Part shown: piece after piece, positions 23,976 to 35,608 of the stretch
Position numbering within the stretch: position 1 is the stretch's first letter
How the letters are laid out: each line of letters starts with the position of its first letter
Origin: Zygnema circumcarinatum SAG 698-1b
Lineage: Eukaryota; Plantae; Zygnematophyceae
Direction of reading: 5' to 3'
Assembly: GCA_037447605.1 (NCBI GenBank)
Contig: CM074814.1
Coordinates: 868,001-932,000, forward strand
DNA length: 64,000 nt
Program-made: the position numbers and the translations under genes
The notes under the pieces: generated by a model
The model's database searches: none
What the model saw: only the letters and a program-made list of their open reading frames with translations
What the model was told of the DNA's origin: nothing

Positions 23976-25606
23976 GACTGTCAGATGCTGTACTCAAACT
24001 CAAAACCGCCTAAAAAGCTTCAGTATACAGACGATGCAGGAACTTTGCTTACAGGGACGCTCCCTCTGTGCTTCAAAGCCTTTCCCCCAGAGGCCAGCCA
24101 ACATTGACAGAAGCTTTTTGCTGCAGCCCCTCCTTGGAACATTCAGTTCCCGAGGAGCGGTCAACGGTGTTCTAAAGGCAGCAAGCAGCCGTCCGATTGC
24201 TAATCGTCACGCGTCCCGAGCCGTCCGATGTGCATGGGGGGGGTCTGCAACGGCGGCTTCCCAAGGCCGCATGGCGCCGCTTCCCTTTGCAGCTTTGGCT
24301 GTGACAGTTCGCAGGCACAGTTTCCATGTGTTTACCACTCAAATTTCCATTCTTTTCGCAAGATTTGTTCGCGCAGTCCTCTATGGGTGTTCTGTCATTT
24401 TAGCAGTTCGGCTTCTTTGCCCGACTGCCTGAGGCAGTACATGAAAAGGATGAGGCGATTCCCACAAGAAAAGGTCGGTGGCTAATTCATTAACCACACA
24501 CGGCATCCTCTCGTGTAGGGCCAATTACAGCAACACAAAGACGAATCGCTCGTATAGAGGATATTTCTTCCCAAAAACGTTCATAAATGATGTTCAAGCT
24601 TCCCCGGTAAAACCTTGATAAAGTCGAAACGTCAAGGCACTACGAATCTCATTTTAACCATGATGGTGTCGGAAGGATCACTCAAGCTCGAATGGGTCTA
24701 TTATGCTCCTAACAATTCATGTAACTTCTGCTTTCTTCGACAACATTTTGCTTTGCAGTCTTTGCGCGTACTTTCAACTGAAATGGCAGATGGCATCCCC
24801 AACGCACCGCCAGCTGCCCTCGAAGCCAAAGGTGGCTTAGAGCTGTGCGAGTGTCACATGACGACATTCTTCTGATTATAAAAACTACTGGGAGCTCTTG
24901 TGCTTCAGCGTAGTCTTTACGGCTGCTGTTGTCAGCAAAAGCAAAGACTCGTGCACAGTATAAGCATGCCTAACAATAGGGAGTTTCCAGACAGTTTCAC
25001 ACTTTTGAAATTCGATTTCATTACAAGCTTTCGTACGAGATATAACAGTAACAGTAGGGCGAGTAAATGTTTGGCATTTCCTGAAACAGATGGATTCGAA
25101 GCCAGTACACGTTTTCCTGCGAAATAGGATGTAAAGACTAAGCAAACTTGCAAAATTCAACACTTCAATTTTGTGAATATGAATCATGTGAATCTTTTGA
25201 AATATGTGTTCAAGCTTAGCGCCCCTAACTGCGTGCTGCATGCTACTTAGAAAGAAATGGCAATGTAAGCTCTGAATGTGTGAAGAATGAGAGAAAGGAA
25301 ACGAACTGTGGAACTACTCTAGTTGGGTCCGCTTTTGGAGGACTCCTGCACAATACCGATGTAGCTTTACGTTCATTACATGACTTAGTCAACAAAAAGT
25401 TGGGTGAATAGCACGCCTGCTCAAAGGGGCATTGTGAAGGAAAAGCTTACCGATAAAAACCCGACGACTGGCCAAGAACCCCATTCTCACCTCCTTCAGA
25501 GAAACGAGCGGGCCAAATGTTCGCCTTTCTTGTCCTAAGTTTCCCAAAGTAAAAAACGCCACGGCCGCAGGTCTGAATGCGCTCAGAACCCCTCTTCTAG
25601 CAGGAT

Positions 25607-26476
25607 CTACGTATGTTCTTCCATTCCGACCCTGAAGGAGTTCACAATCTGCCTTCCTGTAACCAGCCCATTGTCGTACCACCACTTCTCTGTGCCTTGC
25701 ATGCGGCACACATAAAGAGCATCTGCATGAATGGAGATCGACAGCAAAATATGGCGAATGTGCGCCTTCTTCAAGCCGAGGTCCTCGGGATGTAACACGA
25801 CCTCATAGTGGTAGTATGTTCGACCAGTATCATCCCCAAAACTCTCAGCCCACATTACAAAGGCGGGTATTTGCAGTCCAGGAAACATTCGACGCGCACT
25901 CTTTGGGAGGCTGTTGGATTTAAGCTGCGAAGGATCTGGCTGATTTGGAGAGTTGTCCAGCTTCTCGAGGGCACTAATGAATGCTGGAGATGGAGTATAG
26001 TTCATGCCTGCAGGATCAATGCTGCCCAACTTCGGCATGCTGTCCATCCGGGGCAAAGATCCCCAGGATTGTTTCTCAATTCTACCTGACTTCACTTGCG
26101 TTACCCTGGACTGCACAACGTGTTCTTGGTCACTGCTGGACTCAGAAGGAAACCTTGGGAATTCTAAACCTCTCACAGTTCTCGTAGTTTTCTGCAGAAT
26201 GGCGTCTTCACCACCCAGATCGTACTCCCTCCACTTGTGGGTAAGAAAGTCCATTGGCTCGCCATACTCTTCCATGCGGCTGTTGTCAGTTTGATGCAGA
26301 ATCACCTCCACCACAGCTGCCGGCTCCCCTTCTCCCTCTGCCTCCTCGGGGCAGACAAGAGTCGTCAAAACTCGATCATCCAAATACATATCGAAACTCT
26401 CTTCCCAATCCGAAGGGGCGTGGAGACTGAAGCGCAAGCCACGATGCTCCACCCATACAGTAACCGCAGCCTGGGC
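25607..26476 (-). CDS. PsbP (OEE2)/Mog1-fold domain, terminal exon of NHX copy 1
   Basis: RFSLHAPSDW, QTDNSRMEEYGEPMDFL and RTYYHYEV...RHILLSISIHADALYVCRMQGTEKWW...IVNSFRV match the recalled PsbP pattern (GF...P..W; TDKKSITDYGSPEEFL; YY....; KHQLI.A.V..GKLYICKAQAGDKRW...SF.V). No transit peptide and no ATG ahead of the domain. Confidence 0.8.
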   Translation of the reverse strand, partial: AQAAVTVWVEHRGLRFSLHAPSDWEESFDMYLDDRVLTTLVCPEEAEGEGEPAAVVEVILHQTDNSRMEEYGEPMDFLTHKWREYDLGGEDAILQKTTRTVRGLEFPRFPSESSSDQEHVVQSRVTQVKSGRIEKQSWGSLPRMDSMPKLGSIDPAGMNYTPSPAFISALEKLDNSPNQPDPSQLKSNSLPKSARRMFPGLQIPAFVMWAESFGDDTGRTYYHYEVVLHPEDLGLKKAHIRHILLSISIHADALYVCRMQGTEKWWYDNGLVTGRQIVNSFRVGMEEHT

Positions 26477-29400
26477 CTAAGAAACAAGAGGAAAAACAGT
26501 CATTTCTTCTGCATTTTCCTAGTTGAGACAGGCAAGTGCGATTGATCTCCAATAATCCTTTCAGAAGTCCGGTATTGCCAGATGCCCAAACAACACATTA
26601 GAAGTGATGTAGTAGATTGCACAAAACTGTTGGCACTCCAAATTCTCAGGCCAATTGCATAATGGCTCACAAACCGGCCTGGTTTGAAGTCAACCAGCAA
26701 ACACTCATGGCTCACACTCAAGAGAAATTAAATTCTAAGCGGAAAAAGGTGATTTGAAAAACATGCAAGGAAGCACCTTCCCCCACTCAAGGAAATGAAA
26801 CCCCATAGAAAAAAATCACTGGGCCTTCCCCACCCTGGCGGGGTCTTAAGAGCTGCCCACCTCCACCTTATCGTCAAAGCTGCCAACCTCCAAAGTCCGA
26901 TCCATCTGCCCCCCAAAAATTGGCTTCATGTATGTCTGATCAAACCACTTGAACCCGCGGTGGACCCCGGATGGAGGGCCCTGTTCCTGGCGATCCACCA
27001 AGTCAGTGAGATTCTGTCCGGCGATGAGAGGCATGTCGAGGGCCGAATCATTTCGTGCCGAGTGAAGGTCGATCGGAGTGAGACCAAGGAGTTGGAGAGC
27101 AGGAGCAGTGCCTCCTCCAAAGATTACAGTGGTAAAGACCACGACAAACAGTGTTGTGGTTTCCATGGCGCGGTTATTAGTGGGCATGTTTACAGCCAAA
27201 GCATACGCAATGGCACCCCTCAAGCCACTCAGCCACATCATAATCTTCATATTTGTTGTGATTGGCTTACTCCTGTAACACCAACCACCCGTTCCTACGT
27301 TATCAGTTTTAAGTGAATGTATTGAAGGAGCCTCCATCCTCTGCACTGACTAAGATGCATTGAGCCATCAACAGTGCAGTGCAGTATAAAGCTGATTCGA
27401 AAGCTGCAGTGTCGAAACAGTTGCTGTATGCCCGAGCTACCAGTAAAGGATTTGTGGAACAGTGTTAAAGCGTTGATGAGACTGAATCGGCACTTTCGAC
27501 AAAAATACCACAATTGATAATGTAGAAAGCCACGGGCAACGTCTGCAACATTCTGACGTTACATGTTACCACCCATCCCAGCTCCTAGCTCAGTTATACT
27601 CTCCTGAAGCCTTAAGACAATGGATTCAAAATAGAAGCCGTACCTTCCCATATTTGCCAACCATGATAAAGGAAATATGTTCACTGCACGTGAAAGAAGA
27701 CAGAAGGGAATCGCGCTTAATATCAGGCCATAGTCCACAAGGTGGTGAAGAATGACCACTTGCATTCCCAAATACGCGAAGACAAATAGTTCCGAAAGAA
27801 AGGATAGAGCCTCGAATGCGTATTTAGAACCAATTTTTGACGCATGAGAAGTATTGTAGTATCCATAGTGCGCATTGCAGATGCCGCAAAAGAAAAGCGA
27901 CATGATTCCCGAGAGTCCCATGATTTCAGCGACTGAATAAGAGATGTATGCAGAGAGGAGAATGAATGCGAGCTCAAACTTCGCGAATTCGCTTCGAATG
28001 TCAATGTACTTGAGTATAAGGGCACAGCCGAGTGAAACGGCGATGCCGAGAACAATAGAGCCCACGCTGATGGCACAAAACCATACTGCGCAGGAAAAAA
28101 CAGTGAAAGGTTTTGAGAAATAGAGGAAGTAGCAAACTGTAATTCAGACAAAAGGTCTCATGCACATAAAGCCAGAACTGGACAGTTTAAACAAATGCTT
28201 TGTCTTCCACTGCCATAGAAAATCAATTGCAGAGTTCAACCTAAACAAAAGCACAACCTGAGCTGCCATCAGTCTCCAAATTACTCAAGCCCGACATGCT
28301 CAGGCTGTGAAGATATCCCCTCACTCGTTCTTCAGCCTTCCACTCCAAAAACATTATTCAAGTGGATATTCTGACGTAGGTTTTGCTGACCCACATATGG
28401 CAACACCAATTGTTGACAGCGAGAACTCTGCATCAAGGAATGATGCCTGCCAACCAACAGAAATTTAGTCAGCGGCTACGGTTAAGCATCTTGTCAGAAT
28501 CAAATTCAGGCAGGCTCCAAACCTGCCACAGCCATAGCAGTACGCGTAACTGACTAAAGGATGGAGATGACTGACACTAACCAAGCAATCTGGATCATAT
28601 GCAATCTTCAGTAACCATAGTTTAGTAGCTCTGTGAGAGAAAACAAAGGATTCAGAGAAACAAGCTTCCCGATTTTAGAGGACAGATGATGCAAAAACTT
28701 ACAAAGGTGCGAAAGAGGACAATGGAACTAGCATCATTGACGAGGCTCTCTCCGAACACAAGATTGTAGAGCATGCTCGGTGCATGTACATCTGAAGTGC
28801 CATGGATAGAAAGCACATCAGGAAAACAGAGTAATACACATACATCTGATACCCAATTCTTAAATCACCAACAAGCCCTTTAAGATGTCCATGCCTTTCA
28901 TGCAGCACCATTGCGTCAGCAGCAATTCCATCTCATCTCATGTGTAAGGAATGCCCAACGAAATGCTGCGTGGTGTTTTTTTTTCTTTTTGGACCAAAAT
29001 AATACTAAATGGACCACCCCAGTTGCGAAATGGAAAGACCTGGAATCAGCGACGCAGGAATGGCAGGTTCGCAAAGGTATCGTGTCTATGTGTAGCAAAG
29101 AACTGAATCATGAGAACCCTGAAAAAATGAAATACAATTGTTCGAGAATAGTAGGCCGGCGGCATACCTTGAAAGATGGAGAGCGTTGCGACGGGGTCGA
29201 TGGCGGAGATGAGAGAGCCGAACATGAGGCACTCGAGCAGGGGCGAGGTACTGCTGACGTGGGTGATGACGCCCACCAGGTACAGTCCGTACGTGGCGAG
29301 GCCGTACACCAGAGCTGAGATTATGGTTCCAACCACCGCAAAAAGGATAATCGTGCTGAAATTGCGAAAAAAGTCCTGCAAAATTACAAGAGGCAGCACT

Positions 29401-29786
29401 GACCGAATGGTGAGAGAAATTTTGAACCACGTTCTATGAAGAAATATGGTGCATATCCTCGTAAATAGTGCAAGCCACAACCGAAGTGAATGGTCTTGTT
29501 CACTTCTGATGATCGTCTCACATACAGTTTTGAGTGTGAATACTTATTATGCTGCAGTGCCGGAGAAGATGAATAGAAAGTACCTGCCTGCACAAATGAG
29601 GCAGCTATAAATTACAAACCACAAGTATCATCTTCCTCACCTTCTTTCGAAGAGCGTAACCTGCGTTGAAAATGATAATCGGGAGTAAGCCGTAGAAGAA
29701 AATCTCTGGGCTGAAAGTGAGGTCGAGGTCCAGCTTCAGAGCTCGAGTAAGTCCGCCAAATAACATTCCCAAAATCGTCGCTGAAG
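25607..29786 (-). CDS. NHX: Na+/H+ antiporter (CPA1, NHX5/6-NHE8-like) fused to a PsbP-like domain, copy 1; exon 1 not seen, probably in the N gap
   Basis: Exons 29786-29641, 29375-29168, 28791-28703, 28446-28395, 28085-27644, 27272-26867, 26476-25607, all phase-compatible GT-AG. Motifs FFYGLLPIIIFNAGY, ISAIDPVA, VFGESLVNDAS, LSRAVNIFPL, SGLRGA. Confidence 0.85.
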
Positions 29787-30022
29787 CTGTTTTCAAAGAA
29801 GTGATTGACGAATGAAGCAAAGCAAACTCAGCCATTATCTGCCAATTGCTCAGCTCTCTTAATACAAGAGAAGCTCATTCACTAATCAGGAAGTCTTAAT
29901 TCAGGTGCAGGAACAGACATATATTGGAAAATACCAGTTTTTAAAAAGTGAACAGAGTCATATCTCGACTCCCAAAAAACAAGTGAAGACAGTCATGGCA
30001 GGGTATTAACTGACCACTGACA

Positions 30023-30122
30023 NNNNNNNNNNNNNNNNNNNNNNNNNNNNNNNNNNNNNNNNNNNNNNNNNNNNNNNNNNNNNNNNNNNNNNNNNNNNNN
30101 NNNNNNNNNNNNNNNNNNNNNN
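30023..30122. other. Assembly gap (100 N) between the two NHX-PsbP copies
   Basis: Seen directly; it falls inside the intron 1 homolog of copy 1. Confidence 0.99.
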
Positions 30123-30638
30123 GCATACGCCATGAATTAGACACGTTGGCTACAACATATCTCTTCCATCACATTACGTAAAGAAAGTGGCCGAGCCTTT
30201 CAAAACAAATTCCCGGCAGGAACGAGATTGTGGTCAATGCAGAGTACACACTGCACCTGCACACTGCATCTGCACTGTGTCTTGAATTATCGACTTATTT
30301 TAGAAAGCTTTCATCGTCTACAAGCCGGGGGTGGATGCCCCGCCTGCTAAAGGTGATCATGAAAGGCAAGACTAACCCTGCTTCACTAGTGTTGAATCTA
30401 TCTAAGCGCTTACGATTAAAATTGCATTCATCATGCAACCCTGTTTTATTCTTACTAATAAATACCTGCCAATCTAAACTCTGCCTTTGCTAGTCGACCA
30501 TCCAGAACAGAAACAACCCCCCTCCTTCTGGAGATACGAGGTGTCCCAATCTTCTCCTTTCCTGTATTCCCTTCTCCTTTCCCCTAAGCACAAGGGCCGG
30601 AGGTTTGAATGAGCTCAGAACCCCTCTACTCAAATGTT

Positions 30639-31544
30639 CTACTTATGTTCCTCCATTCCGACCCTGAAGGAGTCCACAATCTGCCTGCCTGTAACCAGCC
30701 CATTGTCGTACCACCACTTCTCTGTGCCTTGCATGCGGCACACATAAAGGGCATCTGCATGAATGGAAACCGACAGCAAGATATGACGAATGTGCGCCTT
30801 CTTCAAGCCGAGGTCCTCGGGATGTAACACAACCTCATAGCGGTAGTAGGTCTGAGCCTTTTGATCTTGGTAACTGTCAGCCCACATCACAAAGGCGGGT
30901 ACATGGACTCCAGGAGTACTCAGACGCGCACTCCTTGACACGCTATTGGATGTAAGACGAGAACCTGCAGTGAGCTTTCCTTCCTCAGGGCCCCTTGAAA
31001 GTGTAGAATTTGGCTGATCTGGCGTGTTCTCCTGCTCCTTAATGGTAGCAATTAGGGTTGAAGATGGAGTAAAATTCACGCCTGCAGGATCGACAATGGA
31101 AACATTCGGTAGGCTGTCCAGCCGCTTGAAAGATCCCAAGATTCTCTTCTCAGTTTTCTCCGACTTCATGTCCTCCTTCATTGTTTTGGGCTGCACAAGG
31201 CGCCCCCGGCCCCCGCTGGGCTCCGAAAGTTGGCTTGGGAAGTCTTTCACAGCTTTCTCAATTTTCTCCGCAAGGGCACCTTCACCACCCAAGTCATACT
31301 TCTTCCACTTGTGGCTAAGAAAGTCCATTGGCTCGCCATACTCTTCCATGCGGCTCTTGTCAGTTTGATGCAGAATCACCTCCACTACAGCTGCTGGCTC
31401 TCCTTCTCCCTCTCCCTCCTCCGGGCAGACAAGAGTCGTCAAAACTCGATCATCCAAATACATATCAAAACTCTCTTCCCACTCCGAAGGAGCATGCAGA
31501 CTGAAGCCCGTGCCATAATGCTCCACCCACACAATATCCGGCAC
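30639..31544 (-). CDS. PsbP (OEE2)/Mog1-fold domain, terminal exon of NHX copy 2
   Basis: GTGFSLHAPSEW, QTDKSRMEEYGEPMDFLS, QTYYRYEV...RHILLSVSIHADALYVCRMQGTEKWW...IVDSFRV. An in-frame stop at 31584-31586 and no ATG before the acceptor mean the start of the domain can only be reached by splicing. Confidence 0.82.
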   Translation of the reverse strand: MPDIVWVEHYGTGFSLHAPSEWEESFDMYLDDRVLTTLVCPEEGEGEGEPAAVVEVILHQTDKSRMEEYGEPMDFLSHKWKKYDLGGEGALAEKIEKAVKDFPSQLSEPSGGRGRLVQPKTMKEDMKSEKTEKRILGSFKRLDSLPNVSIVDPAGVNFTPSSTLIATIKEQENTPDQPNSTLSRGPEEGKLTAGSRLTSNSVSRSARLSTPGVHVPAFVMWADSYQDQKAQTYYRYEVVLHPEDLGLKKAHIRHILLSVSIHADALYVCRMQGTEKWWYDNGLVTGRQIVDSFRVGMEEHK

Positions 31545-34500
31545 CTTAGCACAAGAAATAAGAGGGAAAACATCAGTGTCAGTCTAAAAACAATTCTCGC
31601 GAGCTCAAGTCTCGGCAAAACACGCATGAGGGCACCTTCCCACACTGAAAGGGAACCTCAGCGGGAGAAAATCAATGAAACCCTCCCAATCCTGTCTGAC
31701 TGAACGGCTGCTCACCTCATTGAATTGCTCTTCCTCATCTCTAAAGCTGCCGATCTCCAAACTCCGATCAATCTGCCCACCAAAAATGGGCTTCATGTAT
31801 GTCTGATCAAACCACTGGAATGATCGCTGAAACCCTGACGGTGCATTCGGATCATGGCGATCCATCAGATCAAAGAGGCTCTGCCCGGCGATCAGAGGCA
31901 TGTCCAACACTGATTCGTTGCCCGGTGCGAAACCATCGACTGGAGTGAGACCAAGGAGTTGGAGTGAGGGAGCAGTGCCTCCTCCAAAGATCACAGTCGT
32001 AAAGACCACTATGAACAGCGTTGTAGTTTCAATGGCACGGTTGTTGGTGGGCATGTTTGCGGCCAACGCGAAGGCAATGGCACCTCTCAAGCCACTCAGC
32101 CACATCATAATCATCATGTTCTTTGTGATCGGCTTACTCCTGTGAAACACCGGCACCCATCCTACATGATCAGTTCCAACGATTCTACAAGAAAGCCAAC
32201 ACTATCAGCACTGTGCAATTTCCTCTTTGAAGACTGGCATTCAATTGAATTTCTTCACACTGCAAGCGCAAAATCTTTGACAGTGAAATGAGTACCACTC
32301 TCACTAATGACCAAATCATCTGTAAGCCTAAGCCTAAGCCTTGTAGATATTTCTTCGAGCAAAGACATGCAAGTTTGTGGAAATTGACAATGGCCCAAAG
32401 AGTTCGAAGTTATCACAGATCTGAATTACTGGTAATGCGAATGCAGCCTGATGGAAACCAGAAGTTACACTCTCATTAGTCGTTCCAAATAACGGGTTCA
32501 GACCAGGAATCGTACCTTCCCAAATTCGCCAGCCACGCTAGAGGAAACACATTTACTGCTCGTGATAGGAGACAGAGTGGTATAGCAGTTAGTATCAGGC
32601 CGTAGTCCACAACGTGATCAAGTACTACTACTTGCATTCCGAGATATGCGAAGACAAACAGCTCCGAAAGGAAGGCTAGGGCCTCGAATGCATATTTGGA
32701 ACCAATTTTTGTCGCGTGAGAAGTACTGTAGTATCCATAGTGCGCATTGAAGATACCGCAGAAGAAGAGCGACATGATTCCCGAGAGTCCCATCATTTCA
32801 GCAACAGCGTAAGAGAGGTATGCAGAAAGAAGAATGAACGATAACTCAAATTTCGCAAATTCACTGTTGATGTCAATGTACTTAAGAACTAGGGCACAGC
32901 CAAGTGAAAAAGCGACGCCAAGGACGATCGACCCCACGCTGATGACGCAAAACCATGCTGCACAGAACAGCGAGAACGTTTGTTAGTAGTAGAGAAAAAG
33001 TTGCAAACTGCAATTCAAACATGCAGACACACGCTAAAAGTGACCAGGATTGGCCCCTTGCCGCACATGCTTTACCAACCCCTGCCCTGGAAACCAGCAC
33101 GAGCTGACATGTCCTGAAGAATCTCCAAAATTTATTCCAAATGCCTGACATGCTCAGAATGCGAAAATATAGACCAATTTATCCCCTAAACTTGCATTTC
33201 TCAAAACAATCGACTACATGGAATAGTCTGATATAGGTATTGCTGACCCACATATCGCAACGCCGATTGTTGGCAGCGAGAACTCTGTATCAAGGAATGA
33301 TTCCTGCCACTCAATTCAAGTTTAAGTTAGCGGTTGCACTTGAATCATGTTGACGGAATTGCACGAGTCGGGCCGGAATCAGAAAAACCAGTCACGGACC
33401 TAGCAGTGCGGCTATTGACGAAAGCAAAAGAAAGCGGATGGAAAACAAGAAGGTATAAAAGAAAGTGGACCTGACAGGGCAATCAGGATCACAAACAGTG
33501 TACCGTAAAACATCCCGTAGCTCTGGCGAGGAAACAATGAAAAGAACACATTTCGACGGCAGTTGGATGCAACAACTTACAAATGTACGAAAGAGGACAA
33601 TAGAACTCGCATCGTTAACAAGGCTCTCTCCGAACACAAGATTGTAGAGCATGCTTGGTGCGTGTACATCTGAAATTCCATGAGGAGAGAGCTCTATCAG
33701 GCAAACAGAGAAATGCACATACATGAAACATGCCTGAGATACAAGTCAAAAACTCTTCTGCCGCCATGCTCGGTAAGTTGCACTTCTCGTTTGGAAAGTC
33801 AGTAAGGAAACAAGTCCAATGGAAAGCTGCTTTTAGAATTCAAGTCCTGCATTATTTGCATGTGAGCTTTTATGAACACACATACTAAATCAGCTTCACC
33901 AAGTACAAAACTAGATGACTTGAAATCATGTGACACAGGGAAGGCAGGTTCGCAAAGTTTTGAAATGTCCTGTTTGAGTGCACAAAGAACCGTAATCATG
34001 AGAACCCTGAAGGATTGAAATGCAATTCTTCGAGAATAGAAGGCCGGCGGCATACCTTGAAAGATGGAGAGCGTTGCGACGGGGTCGATGGCGGAGATGA
34101 GAGACCCGAACATGAGGCACTCGAGCAGGGGCGAGGTGCTGCTGACGTGGGTGATGACGCCCACCAGGTACAGTCCGTACGTGGCAAGGCCGTACACCAG
34201 AGCTGAGATTATGGTTCCAACCACCGCAAAAAGGATAATCGTGTTGAAATTGCGAAAAAAGTCCTGCAAAATTACAAGAGGCGGCACTGGCCGAATGGTG
34301 AGAGAAATTTTGAATGGATTTTATACCTTTACTCTCCTTCTTCACCAGATAATGCAATAATTGTAGGGATCACTTGAAACCGATAAGCCAAACTGGCTGA
34401 TTTTCAGTACAGACCGAGAAAATAATTTTAAGTCTCAGTTTAAAGTTGGATGAATAGAAGTTATATGTCTGTCACAATGGACGAGCCAGGCAGCCATACC

Positions 34501-35211
34501 TAAGGTTACAAGAACTTGAACCTCACCTTCTTTCGAAGAGCGTAACCTGCATTGAAAATGATGATTGGGAGTAAACCGTAGAAGAAAATCTCTGGGCTGA
34601 AAGTGAGGTCGAGGTCCAGCTTCAGAGCTAGAGTAATTCCGCCAAATAACATTCCCAAAAACATCGCCGAAGCTGTTCCCAAATACAAAGCCAAAGCAAA
34701 ATCAGCCATTATTGGCCAATGCTGCTCAGCTTTCTTAATACAAGAGAAGCGCTTTCACTAATAATAAAAGCCTTAATTCAGAGGGACAGGAACAGAGACA
34801 TCCTAAAAATGGCCAACCTGATCAGCGTCATATCTCGACTTTACAAATAAAAATTGAAGCACGATGCGACCAGATAATGTGATCATTCGTGCAGTTCAAC
34901 GGAGCTATGGAAGGTCAAAAGGCAAAAGAAGCGTCTGACGTTTTCTGAATCAAAATACTTACAATGGAATGTCAAGTAGCATTTAAGTCTCTTAGAGTCA
35001 AAATAAGAACAGTACATCACCACGTGCAGAACGGCCTTCTACTTGCATTAAAAATCAAGCAAACCAAGCAGCCATCAACCGACCCTTCGTCCTTACCTGA
35101 CTCGGGAAAATAGTTGAACTTGAGTTGCTTCGTTATATACGCGGCCATCAAAGCTATGACCATCAAAAACGAGCAGACGATCACACTTGTTGAAACAGTC
35201 TTAATAGCCAT
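30639..35211 (-). CDS. NHX: Na+/H+ antiporter (CPA1, NHX5/6-NHE8-like) fused to a PsbP-like domain, copy 2 (complete)
   Basis: Exons 35211-35097, 34672-34527, 34263-34056, 33669-33581, 33303-33252, 32957-32516, 32139-31716, 31544-30639. Internal exon sizes 146/208/89/52/442 are identical to copy 1, and all phases join. Confidence 0.88.
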
Positions 35212-35247
35212 TGCTGCTGTCGCTCTTCCGACACCTCAAAAACTCGC

Positions 35248-35292
35248 CCTCTCCCTCTCCCTCTCCCTCTCCCTCTCCCTCTCCCTCTCCGT
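35248..35292. repeat. (CTCTCC)n hexanucleotide repeat just upstream of the NHX copy 2 start codon
   Basis: Seen directly. Confidence 0.85.
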
Positions 35293-35469
35293 CTCCCCTT
35301 CCCTGGCCAGCCCTCCCTCTCTTCCTCCCTCACTCCCTTCCGTACAGGCAGCCCGCCGTACTGCCATGGCCGCAAGGCATCAATCACCTTCTTTTGGCGC
35401 CGCAGAGATGCCTTCCCCCCGCCGGCCTCGGCGCCCTTCTACAAGTGGCTGACCAACCACTCACATTCT

Positions 35470-35608
35470 GCCACGTGTACACGAGGCCTACGTGTCATGC
35501 CGTGGTTGGAGGTGGATGGGTCCAGCTGGCACTGGGAACGGAGCGGTCGCCTTCGCGGCGGCTCCAAGATTCCGCATCCGACGAGGAACTTTTATCTGGG
35601 CCACGTGG
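35470..35608. promoter_or_regulatory. G-box/ABRE cluster upstream of NHX copy 2
   Basis: CACGTG at 35472-35477, ACGTGTC at 35490-35496 and palindromic GCCACGTGGC at 35599-35608, 260-400 bp upstream of the ATG. Motif match only. Confidence 0.4.

Noticed and set aside
25607-26452. Stand-alone PsbP genes at 25607..26452 and 30639..31544, as the ORF track suggests
   Set aside because: Both ORF starts are GTG codons at or just after splice acceptors, there is no transit peptide, and the first ATG would cut the first strands of the fold. The fusion model fits better.
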